Positions 41,167-51,198 of a stretch of DNA of 64,000 bases are shown one piece after another. The number at the start of each line of letters is the position of its first letter. Within the stretch, counting starts at the first letter, position 1. The position numbers were made by a program, and so were the translations under genes. Under the pieces are notes generated by a model. It had not been told where the DNA came from, ran no database searches, and saw only the letters and a list, made by a program, of their open reading frames with translations. This DNA comes from an uncultured delta proteobacterium (lineage in GTDB: Bacteria > Myxococcota_A > Polyangia > Polyangiales > JAFGIB01), in NCBI GenBank assembly GCA_963778655.1, contig CAVZVA010000011.1:1-64000 (forward strand), read 5' to 3'.

Positions 41167-41873
41167 GCGAGGCCGAGTCGCTGGTGCTGGTGGTGGAGGA
41201 CGAGCCGCAGATGCGGCGCTTCTTGCGAGCTTCGCTGAGCGCGCAGGGCTATCGCGTGCTGGAGGCGAAGAACGGTCAGGAGGCCGTGCTGATGGCGACC
41301 ACGCACAATCCCGAGCTCGTGTTGCTCGACCTCGGCCTGCCGGACGGTGACGGCATCGAGCTGGCGCGCCGCCTGCGCGAGTGGAGCCAGGTGCCGATCG
41401 TGGTGATCTCGGCGCGCGGCCGCGAGGAGGACAAAGTCGAAGCGCTCGACGCCGGAGCCGACGACTACCTCACCAAGCCCTTCGGTATGCGCGAGCTGCT
41501 TGCCCGCATACGCGTCGCGCAGCGCCACGCTCGCCGTGCGCTCGGGGACCACCCCGCTGCGGTGCTGGAGCTGGGCGCGTTGCGCATCGACCTGCCGCGG
41601 CGCGAAGTGACGCTCCACGGGCACCCGGTGCACCTGACGCCGATCGAGCACAAGCTGCTGGTGCTGCTGGCCCAAAACGCCGGCAAGGTGCTCACCCATC
41701 GCCAGATCTTGCGTGAAGTGTGGGGGCCCGCGTACGCGAGCCAGGCGCACTACGTGCGCGTGCACATGGCCGAGCTGCGCAAGAAGATCGAGCCCGACCC
41801 CGCGCGCCCGAGGCTGCTGCTGACCGAGCAGGGCGTCGGCTACAGGTTGCGCGATCCCAAGGACGCGACTTGA
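41163..41873 (+). CDS. kdpE: Response regulator KdpE
   Basis: LLDLGLPD, GADDYLTKPF, LRKKIEPDPARPR, GVGYR; GTGA overlap with kdpD. Confidence 0.95.
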   Translation: MSEAESLVLVVEDEPQMRRFLRASLSAQGYRVLEAKNGQEAVLMATTHNPELVLLDLGLPDGDGIELARRLREWSQVPIVVISARGREEDKVEALDAGADDYLTKPFGMRELLARIRVAQRHARRALGDHPAAVLELGALRIDLPRREVTLHGHPVHLTPIEHKLLVLLAQNAGKVLTHRQILREVWGPAYASQAHYVRVHMAELRKKIEPDPARPRLLLTEQGVGYRLRDPKDAT

Positions 41874-41954
41874 TCGCTAGGATAGCATCGCCTTGGCGAC
41901 GGAGCGACGCCTGCCGGTCGCGCCGGTGCACCGCAGCCGCAAAGGCGCCCCGCC

Positions 41955-43364
41955 ATGAGACACAAGCGAGCCGACCTCAGCTTTGCGGCCGTCGCCCTGC
42001 TCTACTGCGCGTCGATCTGGTGGCCGACGTGCAAGCTCCCGTTCCACTGGGACGGGGCGATGTTCGTGGCCCGGGCCGCGCACGACCTGCTCGCGCGCGA
42101 CTTCTCGCCCTTCGTGCTGCGCTTCTCGGACTTCGCCCATCCTCCGCTGTTCGTGGCTGCGCTGGCATTGGGCTGGAAGGCGCTCGGCAACGGCGTGCTC
42201 GCCGGGCATCTGCTGGTCGCGCCCTTTCTGCCGCTGCTCTTGCTCTCCACCTATGCGGTGGGTGTTCGGCTCTACGGGCGGTCGGTCGCGATCGCAGCGA
42301 CCGCGCTGACCGCCACCGCGCCGGTGGTCGCTGCCGAGTACGGCCAGGTGTACTTCGATCTTCCGCTCGCCGGGCTCTTGATGCTCGGGCTCGCGTTGTG
42401 GCTCGCCGGGCGGCGCTGGACGGCGGCCCTGGTGCTCGGCATCAGCATGGGCATCAAGATCCCCGCGATCGTGTTTCCTTGCGCCCTGCTGGTCGTCGGC
42501 CTGACCCGCCGCGAAGAGCGCGGGCGCCTTTGGCCGCTGGCCACGCCCTTGCTGGTGCTCGTGACCTGGCTGCTCTACCACCACGCGGTCGCCGGCTACT
42601 GGCTCAGCGTGCCGGGACGTCGCGCATACCTACCGCACAGCGTGTGGGGGCTGATCGGCAACTACGGCATGGTCGGCGCGTACGTGCTGGCTCAGAAGCG
42701 CTGGCTGATCGCGCTGCTGGGGCTGCTCGCGAGCCTCGACTTCTGGCGGAGGCGCCGCGCCTGGTCCGAGCTCCCGCGGCTAGACCCGGGAACGCTCACG
42801 CTGGCGACGATCGTGCTCGGAGGCGTGCTGTTCTTCGCGCTCGCGGGCGAGTTCGCGCAACGCTACGGCATCATGTTGTTGCCGGAGACCGCGCTGCTCG
42901 CGGTAGCAGGTCTGCACTTGGTGCTGCGCCCGCGACGGGGCCTGTACTGGGCAGCGATCGCGCTCTGCTGCGGGCTGCAGCTGAGGGATTGGTTGCCTCC
43001 GCAACGACCCGCCACCCATTTCCAGTTCCGGCCTGACGCCGACCTTCACTACCTGGACATGATCGCGCTGGGTCGAGCGACCGCCCAATACATGGAGCGC
43101 GAGCATCCCAATGCGATCGTTTTCGGGAGCTGGCCCGAGCTCTACTGGCTGAGCGAGCCGTACTTCGGCTACGTGCACCGGCCTTTTGCGGTGTTTCCTT
43201 GCAAGCGCTATCGCCCGGATATGCCTGGGGAAAAGCTGATCTTCGGCACCCTCTATGCCCCCGGAGCGCGCACCTGCTGGAAGCTGATCCGAGCGCTCGA
43301 CGCCCGGCCGATCAAGAAGCTCAGCTACGAGGCGAAGTGGGTGCAGATCCACCTCGCTCCGTGA
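41955..43364 (+). CDS. GT-C fold membrane glycosyltransferase (ArnT/PMT-like)
   Basis: FHWDG...AHPPLF N-terminal loop motif, many TMs, IK.P. Confidence 0.7.
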   Translation: MRHKRADLSFAAVALLYCASIWWPTCKLPFHWDGAMFVARAAHDLLARDFSPFVLRFSDFAHPPLFVAALALGWKALGNGVLAGHLLVAPFLPLLLLSTYAVGVRLYGRSVAIAATALTATAPVVAAEYGQVYFDLPLAGLLMLGLALWLAGRRWTAALVLGISMGIKIPAIVFPCALLVVGLTRREERGRLWPLATPLLVLVTWLLYHHAVAGYWLSVPGRRAYLPHSVWGLIGNYGMVGAYVLAQKRWLIALLGLLASLDFWRRRRAWSELPRLDPGTLTLATIVLGGVLFFALAGEFAQRYGIMLLPETALLAVAGLHLVLRPRRGLYWAAIALCCGLQLRDWLPPQRPATHFQFRPDADLHYLDMIALGRATAQYMEREHPNAIVFGSWPELYWLSEPYFGYVHRPFAVFPCKRYRPDMPGEKLIFGTLYAPGARTCWKLIRALDARPIKKLSYEAKWVQIHLAP

Positions 43365-43509
43365 CCAACGCTGCACCGCAGCGACTGCACGCGACGGGCT
43401 TGCTCACGTCGCGGTCAGGCACGATCTGCAGGTGCCCGCACCGATCGCAGCGTCGTGCACGCCGCTTGAGCGTGGCATGTGAGACGACCCAGGTGAAGAA
43501 CGGGTTCAC
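43321..43509 (-). CDS. Possible small zinc-ribbon protein
   Basis: CDRC...CSRCG pair in 62 aa; overlaps the convergent gene end; weak support. Confidence 0.35.
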   Translation of the reverse strand: MNPFFTWVVSHATLKRRARRCDRCGHLQIVPDRDVSKPVACSRCGAALVTERGGSAPTSPRS

Positions 43510-43759
43510 GTCGGCTCCCGGCGATCTGTAGCACGCCCCGGCCGTCCGGCGACCCCGCGATCGCGCTTGTCAAGAGGTCAGGCACGACCAGAGCCCGGTT
43601 TACCGCGACAATTGCGGCCCGGTGGCGGACAAAGCGGGTTCAGCAAGCACGGAATTGTGCCCAACCCATTGTGAAAAGCGCTGTGGACGCCGCCGCTGCA
43701 CGTGGGACCGCTCTGCCGGGCCCGCCTGCCCGTGGTAGATCGGGCACGCGGAGTGAACC

Positions 43760-43972
43760 ATGGCAAAAGACCTCGGCGTCCGGCTTTCCGAACACTGCGT
43801 GCGCTTCATTCACCAGGAGCTCGCGCGGGGCCGCTTCACTTCGGAGAGCGAAATCATCGAGGCGGCGCTATTGGCGTTCGAAGAGCACGAGGTACGGCGC
43901 GCCCAGCTGCTGGCCGCCTTCGAGCAAGCCGAGCACCACGCCCCCCAGCGCCAGGATCCGCACCGGGCGTAG
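43760..43972 (+). CDS. ParD-like ribbon-helix-helix protein (orphan antitoxin)
   Basis: VRLSEH..RFI...LARGRFTSESEIIEAAL..FEE pattern; SD GGAG; no ParE seen downstream. Confidence 0.7.
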   Translation: MAKDLGVRLSEHCVRFIHQELARGRFTSESEIIEAALLAFEEHEVRRAQLLAAFEQAEHHAPQRQDPHRA

Positions 43973-44328
43973 CCGCGGTCTTTCGCACGTGCGCTGCGGC
44001 ACCGGCGCGCCGTGGCGTGGGGCGATCCGGCGGCCGGGGCCTTGCTGGTGCTGGCGATTTTGCCAGGGTCGAGCCTGCCGTGGCAGCACCCGCTCCGGGG
44101 CCGCGCCCTCGCCCGGCAACGGCGCCGGACGCCACGTTACACACAGACCCGTCGGCGTCGCAGAAGACCTGGATGCATTTGTGTATAGCTTGGCCCACTC
44201 AGCGCACCTGCAAGAGCTCAGTTCGAAGAGCAGGTGACCATTGCGAGACGCTCCGGCGACGAAAAGTTCACGAAACCGATCCCGATTCGCAACGTGTCCG
44301 ACGATCGCCTGCTCGAAGATCGCGAGGC

Positions 44329-45192
44329 ATGACACGCATCGCTCACCTATCGGATCTTCACTTGCTCGAAGCCGGCCACCATCAGCGTGATGCGGCCGGC
44401 CGCTTTCGGCTCTCCTACCTCAGCTTCGGCCGCAAGCTCGACGAAGAGGACCGCCGCAGGCGGCTTCGCGCGGCGTTGTGGGCGTACAGGGCTTCTGGCG
44501 CCGAGCATCTCGTTATCACCGGCGACTTGACCGAAGATGGAACGGACGCGCAGTTCGAGGTCTTCGCCTCCGCGCTGTATGATAGCGGAATCGATCCGCG
44601 CGAAGTCACCCTGACCGCCGGCAACCACGATGCCTACCACGATCGCGGTGCGTTCCGCCGGGCCCTGCAGGGTCCGCTTTCGGCATTTGCGGTGAACTGC
44701 GAAGCCGGGGTGCTCACCGTGCTCGGCGACGTGGTGATCGTTCCGATCTCGACCGTGATCGCCCAACCGTTCACGCGCTCAGCCGGCGAGATCTCGCGCG
44801 ACCACCTATCGTGGGTCGAGCACGTGACCTCGAGGTTCCGGCGCGGCAAGAAGGCGATCGCCATCGCGCAGCACCACCAGCCCTACAGCCTGCGGCTCGC
44901 GGCCATGAACTGGATCGACGGGCTGCAGAACCACGGCTCTGCGATGGGGCTGCTACGCCGGCACCAGGAGTTGCACGTGCTGCACGGGCACATGCACCGC
45001 AGCTGCGACCGTGCGATCGCCGGCGACGGGCCCGCCCGTGTGTTCGGTACCACAGCCTGCGTGGATGACCCTACGCCGCTGCGCATCTACGAGGCCTGTG
45101 ACGGCAGGCTCTGGCCGGTTGACCCGCCCAGCTGCTCCACCTCGGATGCGAAGGTGGACGCGGTACGGTCGCTGGTGGCGGCGCGTGTGTAA
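44329..45192 (+). CDS. Metallophosphoesterase (CpdA/Icc-like)
   Basis: SDLH, TGDLT, GNHD, HH, HGHMH motifs. Confidence 0.88.
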   Translation: MTRIAHLSDLHLLEAGHHQRDAAGRFRLSYLSFGRKLDEEDRRRRLRAALWAYRASGAEHLVITGDLTEDGTDAQFEVFASALYDSGIDPREVTLTAGNHDAYHDRGAFRRALQGPLSAFAVNCEAGVLTVLGDVVIVPISTVIAQPFTRSAGEISRDHLSWVEHVTSRFRRGKKAIAIAQHHQPYSLRLAAMNWIDGLQNHGSAMGLLRRHQELHVLHGHMHRSCDRAIAGDGPARVFGTTACVDDPTPLRIYEACDGRLWPVDPPSCSTSDAKVDAVRSLVAARV

Positions 45193-45384
45193 CCCGAGTC
45201 ACGACCGGCGGCCCCGCGGGCGCCTGGGGACCCGGCTCGCCCGGGTCTCAAGTCAATTCGGGCCAGCTCAGGGCTCTTGTGCACGTATCCATGGATAATC
45301 TGGGTTGTTTCAATTCTGTCGCAGAGCTGCCAGCGCGTCGTGACATGCCGCCCCTAGCCTGGGGCAACCACAGCCCAAGGAGCC

Positions 45385-46557
45385 GTGATGACATTGATCT
45401 CGATCCTGCCGTTCCTGTTAGCAGGCATCGGGCTCGTGCTCGGGTGCGTCCAGGTCTGTAGCCTCCTGCGTCATTTCAGAACCGCCGCACCCGTGTGTCG
45501 CACCTGTCCGGGCATTTCCGTCCTCAAGCCACTGTGCGGCGCCGACGACGGGCTCATGTCGAACCTGAAGACGTTCACCACGCTCAACTACCCCAACTAC
45601 GAGCTGCTGCTCGGGGTGCGCGACCGCAGCGACGCTGCCTATCCCTTGGCCTGCCACGCCGCGGCGTGCTGGCCGGGACTGGTGCGCGTGGTGCTTCAGC
45701 GCGGCGAGCCGGGCTGTAATCCCAAGGTCAATCAGCTGATCACCTTGGCCGCGGAGGCCAGGCACGAAATCCTGGTCGTCAGCGACTCCAACATCGCCGT
45801 CGACCCCGGTTACCTAGCGGAAATCGCCGCGAGCTTCGAAGACCCCGAGGTGGGCCTGTTCCTCCATCCGATTGCCGGTATCGGCGAGGTCAGCCTGGGC
45901 GCGCTGCTCGACAACGCCACGCTGTGCTCCGCGGTCAGCCCCGGCATCGTGGCGGCGCAACGGGTCGCGCGCATGCCTTTGGTGGTCGGCAAGTCGATGG
46001 CACTACGACGGCGAGAGCTGCGCGCCATGGGCGGCTTCGAAGCGGTCAAGGACGTGCTGGCCGAGGACTTCGTGGTGGGACGCATCGTCTCCCGTCAGCT
46101 GGGTAAGCGCATCGCAGTCGCCAACCGGGCGGTCGCCAACGTCTCGAGCAAGAAAACGCTGCGCAACTTCGTAGAGCGCTACGTGCGCTGGAGCATCATG
46201 CAGCGCAGGGCCGTGGGCTTGACCCTGTACGCGGCGCAGATCCTCCTTCACCCCATTCCGCTGGCGCTGCTCGGCCTGGCGCTCGCGCCGGGCCGGCGCC
46301 CGCTGGCCGCGCTGCTGCTGTGCTACGCAACCAAGGCCCTGCTGGAGCAGCTCGCGGCCCGCACCGTGCGGCCGGGCGGGCTGCCCTGGCTGGCGTACGC
46401 CGTGCTGCCACTCAAGGATCTGTTGCTGTTCTACGCCTGGCTCTCCGGCTTCCTGCGCAGTGAGGTGAGCTGGCGCGGCAACCGGCTCGAGGTGCTCGAG
46501 GGCACGCGCCTGCTGCCGATCGGCGAGTCCGCGCGGGCGGTCGAGCAGCGGGCCTGA
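45385..46557 (+). CDS. GT21 glycosyltransferase (ceramide glucosyltransferase/HpnI-like)
   Basis: SVLKPLCG, NPKVNQL, SDS, LAEDF, RYVRW, V.WRG. Confidence 0.85.
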   Translation: MMTLISILPFLLAGIGLVLGCVQVCSLLRHFRTAAPVCRTCPGISVLKPLCGADDGLMSNLKTFTTLNYPNYELLLGVRDRSDAAYPLACHAAACWPGLVRVVLQRGEPGCNPKVNQLITLAAEARHEILVVSDSNIAVDPGYLAEIAASFEDPEVGLFLHPIAGIGEVSLGALLDNATLCSAVSPGIVAAQRVARMPLVVGKSMALRRRELRAMGGFEAVKDVLAEDFVVGRIVSRQLGKRIAVANRAVANVSSKKTLRNFVERYVRWSIMQRRAVGLTLYAAQILLHPIPLALLGLALAPGRRPLAALLLCYATKALLEQLAARTVRPGGLPWLAYAVLPLKDLLLFYAWLSGFLRSEVSWRGNRLEVLEGTRLLPIGESARAVEQRA

Positions 46558-46582
46558 GCCCCTGCACAGGCCGCCCCCTGCT

Positions 46583-47986
46583 TCAAAAGCTGAGGGACAG
46601 CAGCGGGGTGAAGTCGGCGCCCGCGCAGCCGGGCGCGCTTCCGCCGCTCATGCCCGGCGTGGGCTCCGGCGCAGGGGCCGGGTTCTTGGCGCAGTCGGGC
46701 AGCGTGAGCCCCGAAACCTGCAACATCCCGGACGCGCTCGGCGCGGACGCGCCGGCCATCACCGCGAGCTCGAGCGACACCTGCAAGCTGTCGTAGCTGC
46801 CCGCGTCGACGCCGTGGACGCCGTAGAGCGACTCCAGGTTGTCCGCGCTGGCGGGCTCGATCGCGCCAGCGTCCAGGGCGATGGACACCTGGCTCAACGC
46901 CCCGCTCTCATCGGGCGCGGCGTCCAGCGTCACCGGCCAGCGCGCGTCGAGCTTGCCGTCCGCCGTGCTCATCTGCAGCGTCCCGTGCAGCCGCAATGTG
47001 CCTGGCACGTTCAAGTCGATCTGGAACACATTTGCATCGAGCAGCGCGCACACCGGGCCGCCGCCGGGCTCGAAGCTCACGCTCACGTCAGCGCTCGTCC
47101 CGTCCTGCCAGGTGGCGCCGGCAGTCTGCACGGAGTTGACCAGATCGACCGCGTCCTGGCCCGAGAACCCCTGCGACGCCGCGTCGAGCGCGATCGGCAG
47201 CCCGCCGTCGTCGCACCCCTCGGCGCCGATCAAGGCCAACACCGCGCCGCCTGCGGCAACCGCCGAGTCGGTGCTCGCGCTGCCGCCCGCGCCGCTCGCG
47301 TGCATCTCCAGCGTGGGCATCAACGAGCCGCGCAGCCCGAGCGGCGAGAAGCCGAGATCGATCGCGACCTGGCTGAGCTCGAAACCAGGGGGCTTGCTCG
47401 AGACGATCTCGAACGCGCCGCCCAGCATCCCGGCCGGAACCTGCAGGTGCAGCGTCGCCCACTGGTCGCTGCTCGCCCGCAGCACGCCGTCGATCTGCTC
47501 GTCGAGCGCACCGCCATCGCTCTTGATCTTGGCGGTCACGTCGATCTCGACCGCATTCAGGCTCTCGCAGCTGGGACCAGCGATGGCGACCTGATTCTCC
47601 GCGCCGCCGCTCGACGCGTGCTGGCTGTACGTCACGTAGCGGGGCTTGGCTCCGGGCTTGGGCGTGACCGTCAGGCTCAGCCTGTGCGTGCCGCTCTCGG
47701 GGCCGTAGCTCACGAATTCCGACGGCTGCCAGCGGATCGAGGTGTCGTGCGTGGAGCCGGCGAAGCTGAGCACGTCGGCGGCGGAGAAACCGAGCGGCGA
47801 CTTCTCTGCGACCGAGCCCAGTGTGGTCGGCGTCGCGTCGCACTGGCCGCCGCCGGCCCCCGCGCCTGTGCCACCACCTTGCTCTGTGTTCGAGGTATCA
47901 CCGCCTCCCATGAACGGATTGCCGGCGCTGGTGCCCGCGCAGGCGCACAGCGCTAGGGCCAACAGGCACAACATGGCTCGACGCAT
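46583..47986 (-). CDS. Hypothetical lipoprotein with an internally duplicated domain
   Basis: Lipobox LCAC; GFSAADVL / GFSGQDAV and TxDGxLD-like segments occur twice. Confidence 0.75.
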   Translation of the reverse strand: MRRAMLCLLALALCACAGTSAGNPFMGGGDTSNTEQGGGTGAGAGGGQCDATPTTLGSVAEKSPLGFSAADVLSFAGSTHDTSIRWQPSEFVSYGPESGTHRLSLTVTPKPGAKPRYVTYSQHASSGGAENQVAIAGPSCESLNAVEIDVTAKIKSDGGALDEQIDGVLRASSDQWATLHLQVPAGMLGGAFEIVSSKPPGFELSQVAIDLGFSPLGLRGSLMPTLEMHASGAGGSASTDSAVAAGGAVLALIGAEGCDDGGLPIALDAASQGFSGQDAVDLVNSVQTAGATWQDGTSADVSVSFEPGGGPVCALLDANVFQIDLNVPGTLRLHGTLQMSTADGKLDARWPVTLDAAPDESGALSQVSIALDAGAIEPASADNLESLYGVHGVDAGSYDSLQVSLELAVMAGASAPSASGMLQVSGLTLPDCAKNPAPAPEPTPGMSGGSAPGCAGADFTPLLSLSF

Positions 47987-47987
47987 C

Positions 47988-48857
47988 TCAGGCCTCCTTC
48001 ACGCTCAAGGGAAACATCTGCAGATTGACCTGCACCACACGGGTGGAGCTGTCGTCCGCGCAGTAGCGCTGGAGCAGCTCCGCGCGAAAGCTTTCGAGCT
48101 GGGCCTTGAGCTCGGCCATGCGGGGCTCGCTCAGACACAGCGTGACAGAGCCGATCTCGCGTTGCTCGCGCGGCACCCGGTCGAGCGCCTCCGAGGCGCG
48201 CTCCAGCATCGCGCGGTGGTAGCGCACCAGGTGATGGCCGAGCGGACGCTCGGCCGTCTGAACCAGGGCGTCCGCCTGCTGCAGCCGGCCGCTCGGGCCG
48301 CGCACCAGCAACCCCAGCTCGAGCAGCACCGCGATTGCCTGCGCCGCCTCGCGCGGCGCGATCGCGGGCAGCAGCTTGCGCGCGATCCACTGCGGCCGCT
48401 CGTCGAAGTCCGCGCGCGCCGCCAGCTCGCGCACCACGGGGATGTACCAGCACGAGAAGTAGGCCTCCTGTGCGCGATCGAGCCGATGCACCTTGCGGTA
48501 GCGTTTGAAGCGCGACAGCCGCGCGTAGACGCGCTCGCGCTCGGCCGTGCTCTTGGCCTGGTTGTAGGCGACCAGCTCGCAAAAGTACTCGGCGGCCTGG
48601 CCGCGCAGCGAGCAGGACTCGGCGAAACGCTGCGCCATGTCGGCGGTCAGATTGCGGTCGCCGTCCATCACCAGCTTGAGGTAGTTCGAGGAGCGCAGCC
48701 GCGCGCGCTTGGAGAATGCGCGCAGCGAAAACCCGTGTCCGGGCTGCTTGTTCTGCGCGTAAAACGCGCGCAGAAATGCCCGGTAATCGCGAAAGCCGAA
48801 AACGTCGGGCGCTTTCCACACCGGTTCAGGGTGTCGCGCGGGCGTAGCCGGCGCCAC
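47988..48857 (-). CDS. TIGR02147 family (DUF4423) protein
   Basis: DYRAFL, FSLRAFS, YLKLVMDG.RNL, W...VVREL, VVQVNLQMFPLS. Confidence 0.88.
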   Translation of the reverse strand: MAPATPARHPEPVWKAPDVFGFRDYRAFLRAFYAQNKQPGHGFSLRAFSKRARLRSSNYLKLVMDGDRNLTADMAQRFAESCSLRGQAAEYFCELVAYNQAKSTAERERVYARLSRFKRYRKVHRLDRAQEAYFSCWYIPVVRELAARADFDERPQWIARKLLPAIAPREAAQAIAVLLELGLLVRGPSGRLQQADALVQTAERPLGHHLVRYHRAMLERASEALDRVPREQREIGSVTLCLSEPRMAELKAQLESFRAELLQRYCADDSSTRVVQVNLQMFPLSVKEA

Positions 48858-48875
48858 TACCAGGAGCCCGAAACC

Positions 48876-48892
48876 GCATACAGCTTGTATGC
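48876..48892. promoter_or_regulatory. Palindrome in the AT-rich region upstream of the TIGR02147 gene
   Basis: GCATACA-GCT-TGTATGC next to an AT-rich tract (48895-48940). Confidence 0.4.
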
Positions 48893-49017
48893 AGCAATTT
48901 CATCTATCCATCTGTAATCACATATAAAACAAAAACTTGGCTGCGCATGCCGTCCGCGGATCGCGCGGGTTCTTGTATGCGTCCCCAGGCGCCGCGGACG
49001 GTCGCCGCCAGCCCCGC

Positions 49018-51198
49018 TCAGCCGCTCTCGAACAGCGCCGCGCGCAGCTTGGCCGGCGTGAACGGCGTCGCGCGCAGGCGCACGCCGCAGGCGTTGAACA
49101 CGGCGTTGGCGATCGCCGCCGGCGTGGGTCCGGTCGTGGCCTCGCCAGCGCCGCGCGCGTTGCGATCGGGGCGGTCGAGCAGCACCACCTCGACCTCGGG
49201 CACCTCCTCGAAGCCGAGGATCGGGTAGCTCTGCCAGTCGAGCGAGGTGATGGACTGCGCGTCGAAGCCGACCTGCTCCTTGAGCGTGAAGCTCGCCGCC
49301 TGGATGAAGCCGCCTTCGAGCTGGTTCGAAAGCCCGTCCGGATCGATGATCTGACCCGCGTCGGCCGCGATCACCGCGTGCAGCAGCCGGATCGCGTGGC
49401 TCGCGAGGTCGAGCTCGAGCTCGACGAACACGGCCGCGTAGCACTTGTAGTTCTCGTAGCGCGAGAACGCCATCCCACGGCCGCGCGGCCGCTGCGCGTC
49501 GGCCTGGGCCAGCGCGCCGCGCGCCGCCATGCGCGCCGCAGCCGCCTCGATCACCGCGCGCGCGCGCTCATCCGACAACTGCGCCAGCCGAAAGGCGACC
49601 GGGTCCAACCCGCAGGCCACGGCCAGCTCGTCCATCATCGACTCGATCGCGAACACGTTGGTGTAGGCGCCCAGGCTGCGCAGCGACGAGGTGCGAAGCC
49701 CCGAGCCTCCGGCCAGGTGCTTGACCACACGCTTGTGCGGCACGTCGTACAGCGGGTCGGCGTTACGGTGCACGCCGGCCTGGGGCGCGAGCATCGGGCG
49801 CGGGCGCGGCGCCGGGAACGGCTGCGCGAGCTGCTGCGCCGCCAGCAGCGCCGAGGACTTGCCGCCCGGCATGGCGCGGCCGATGTGCGTGTAGCTGTAC
49901 ACATCGTGGTTGTACGCAAGCAGCTTGCCCTGCGGGTCGACGCTCGCCTGCACGTCGACGCGCATGGCCGGCCCATAGGGCTCGAACGCGTGCTCGTCCT
50001 GGCGCGTCCACTTGAGCAGCAGCGTGCGTCCGGGCAGCGCGCGCGCCAGCAGCGCCGCGTCGAGCGCGACGTCGTCGGCGCCGTTGTGCCCGTAGCAGCC
50101 CGCGCCCTCGCCGAACACCACATGGACCTGGCCGGCGCTCACGCCCAGCACCTGCGAGAGCGCCGCGGCCAGCAACGACACGCCCTGGCTCGCGCACACG
50201 ATCTCGTAGCGGCCACCGTCGTAGCACGCGAGCGCAGCCGAGGGCCCGATCGACGCGTGCATCAGGTAGGGGCGACTGTAGCTCGCCCGCAGCGTGTGCG
50301 CGGCGCCCGCGGGCGTCTCGAGCGGCGGAACCGCCTGCTGCACCGGCACGCCGTTCACCAGCGGATAGCTGCCGATCACGTCCGCCGCCAGCCGCTCGCC
50401 GAGATCCGACTGCGCCGGCAGCGAGGCGCTCAGCTCGAATTGCGTCAGCGCCCGCAACGCCTCGGCCGCCGCCAGCGCCTGCTCCTCGCGCTCGGCCACC
50501 ACGCCGAGAAAGTCGCCGTCGCGTACCACCGCGACCACGCCCGGCAGCCCGCGCACCCGATCGAGATCGGTCGCGAGCACGCGGGCTCCGGGGCTCGGTG
50601 TGCGCACCACGCGCGCGTGCAGCACCCCGGGCGTTGCGCGGTCCTGCACGAAGCGATGGGTCCCGAACACGATGCCGGGCAGGTCGATGCGCTGCGCCGG
50701 CTTGCCCACCAGGCGGTGCGCGCTCGGCGCCTTGGGCTGCGCGGCCATGCTGACGTCGCAATCGAAGCGCGCGCCCGCCATCAGCTCCCAGTAGCTGACG
50801 CCGGCATCGCGCCCGCGAGCCCGCACCATGCCGTCTTCGACGAGCAGCGCCGCGGGCTCGAGCCCGAGCCGCTCGCCGGCGCGCTGCAGCAAATGACGCC
50901 GGGCTTCGGCCGCGGCCTGGCGCACGGCCGCGCCCGAGGTCTCAATCGACATGCTGCCCACGGTCATGAATTCGTTCGGTGCGCGCGCGCTGTCGGCGCC
51001 TTCAACGCGAATGCGCCCGAGCTCGACGTCCAGCTCCTCGGCCGCGATCAGCGCCAGCGCGGTGCGGATGCCCTGTCCGAGCTCGACCTTGCCGCTGCGC
51101 ACGGTGATGGTTCCGCCCGGATCGACGCGAATCCAGTCGTCCAGGTGCGGGTTGAGCTGCACGCTCTGCGGTAGGGCGGCGGCCGGCTGCTCAGTCAT
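49018..51198 (-). CDS. Molybdopterin-binding subunit of a xanthine dehydrogenase-family enzyme (IorB/NicB-like)
   Basis: GKVELGQG, HASIGPS, GAGCYGHNG, SLRSLG, QLEGG, GAGE. Confidence 0.92.
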   Translation of the reverse strand: MTEQPAAALPQSVQLNPHLDDWIRVDPGGTITVRSGKVELGQGIRTALALIAAEELDVELGRIRVEGADSARAPNEFMTVGSMSIETSGAAVRQAAAEARRHLLQRAGERLGLEPAALLVEDGMVRARGRDAGVSYWELMAGARFDCDVSMAAQPKAPSAHRLVGKPAQRIDLPGIVFGTHRFVQDRATPGVLHARVVRTPSPGARVLATDLDRVRGLPGVVAVVRDGDFLGVVAEREEQALAAAEALRALTQFELSASLPAQSDLGERLAADVIGSYPLVNGVPVQQAVPPLETPAGAAHTLRASYSRPYLMHASIGPSAALACYDGGRYEIVCASQGVSLLAAALSQVLGVSAGQVHVVFGEGAGCYGHNGADDVALDAALLARALPGRTLLLKWTRQDEHAFEPYGPAMRVDVQASVDPQGKLLAYNHDVYSYTHIGRAMPGGKSSALLAAQQLAQPFPAPRPRPMLAPQAGVHRNADPLYDVPHKRVVKHLAGGSGLRTSSLRSLGAYTNVFAIESMMDELAVACGLDPVAFRLAQLSDERARAVIEAAAARMAARGALAQADAQRPRGRGMAFSRYENYKCYAAVFVELELDLASHAIRLLHAVIAADAGQIIDPDGLSNQLEGGFIQAASFTLKEQVGFDAQSITSLDWQSYPILGFEEVPEVEVVLLDRPDRNARGAGEATTGPTPAAIANAVFNACGVRLRATPFTPAKLRAALFESG

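Noticed and set aside
46501..46510. GGCACGCGCC as a fifth copy of the hairpin repeat
   Set aside because: It lacks the extended stem and the CGGGGCCCC motif, and is ordinary coding sequence.
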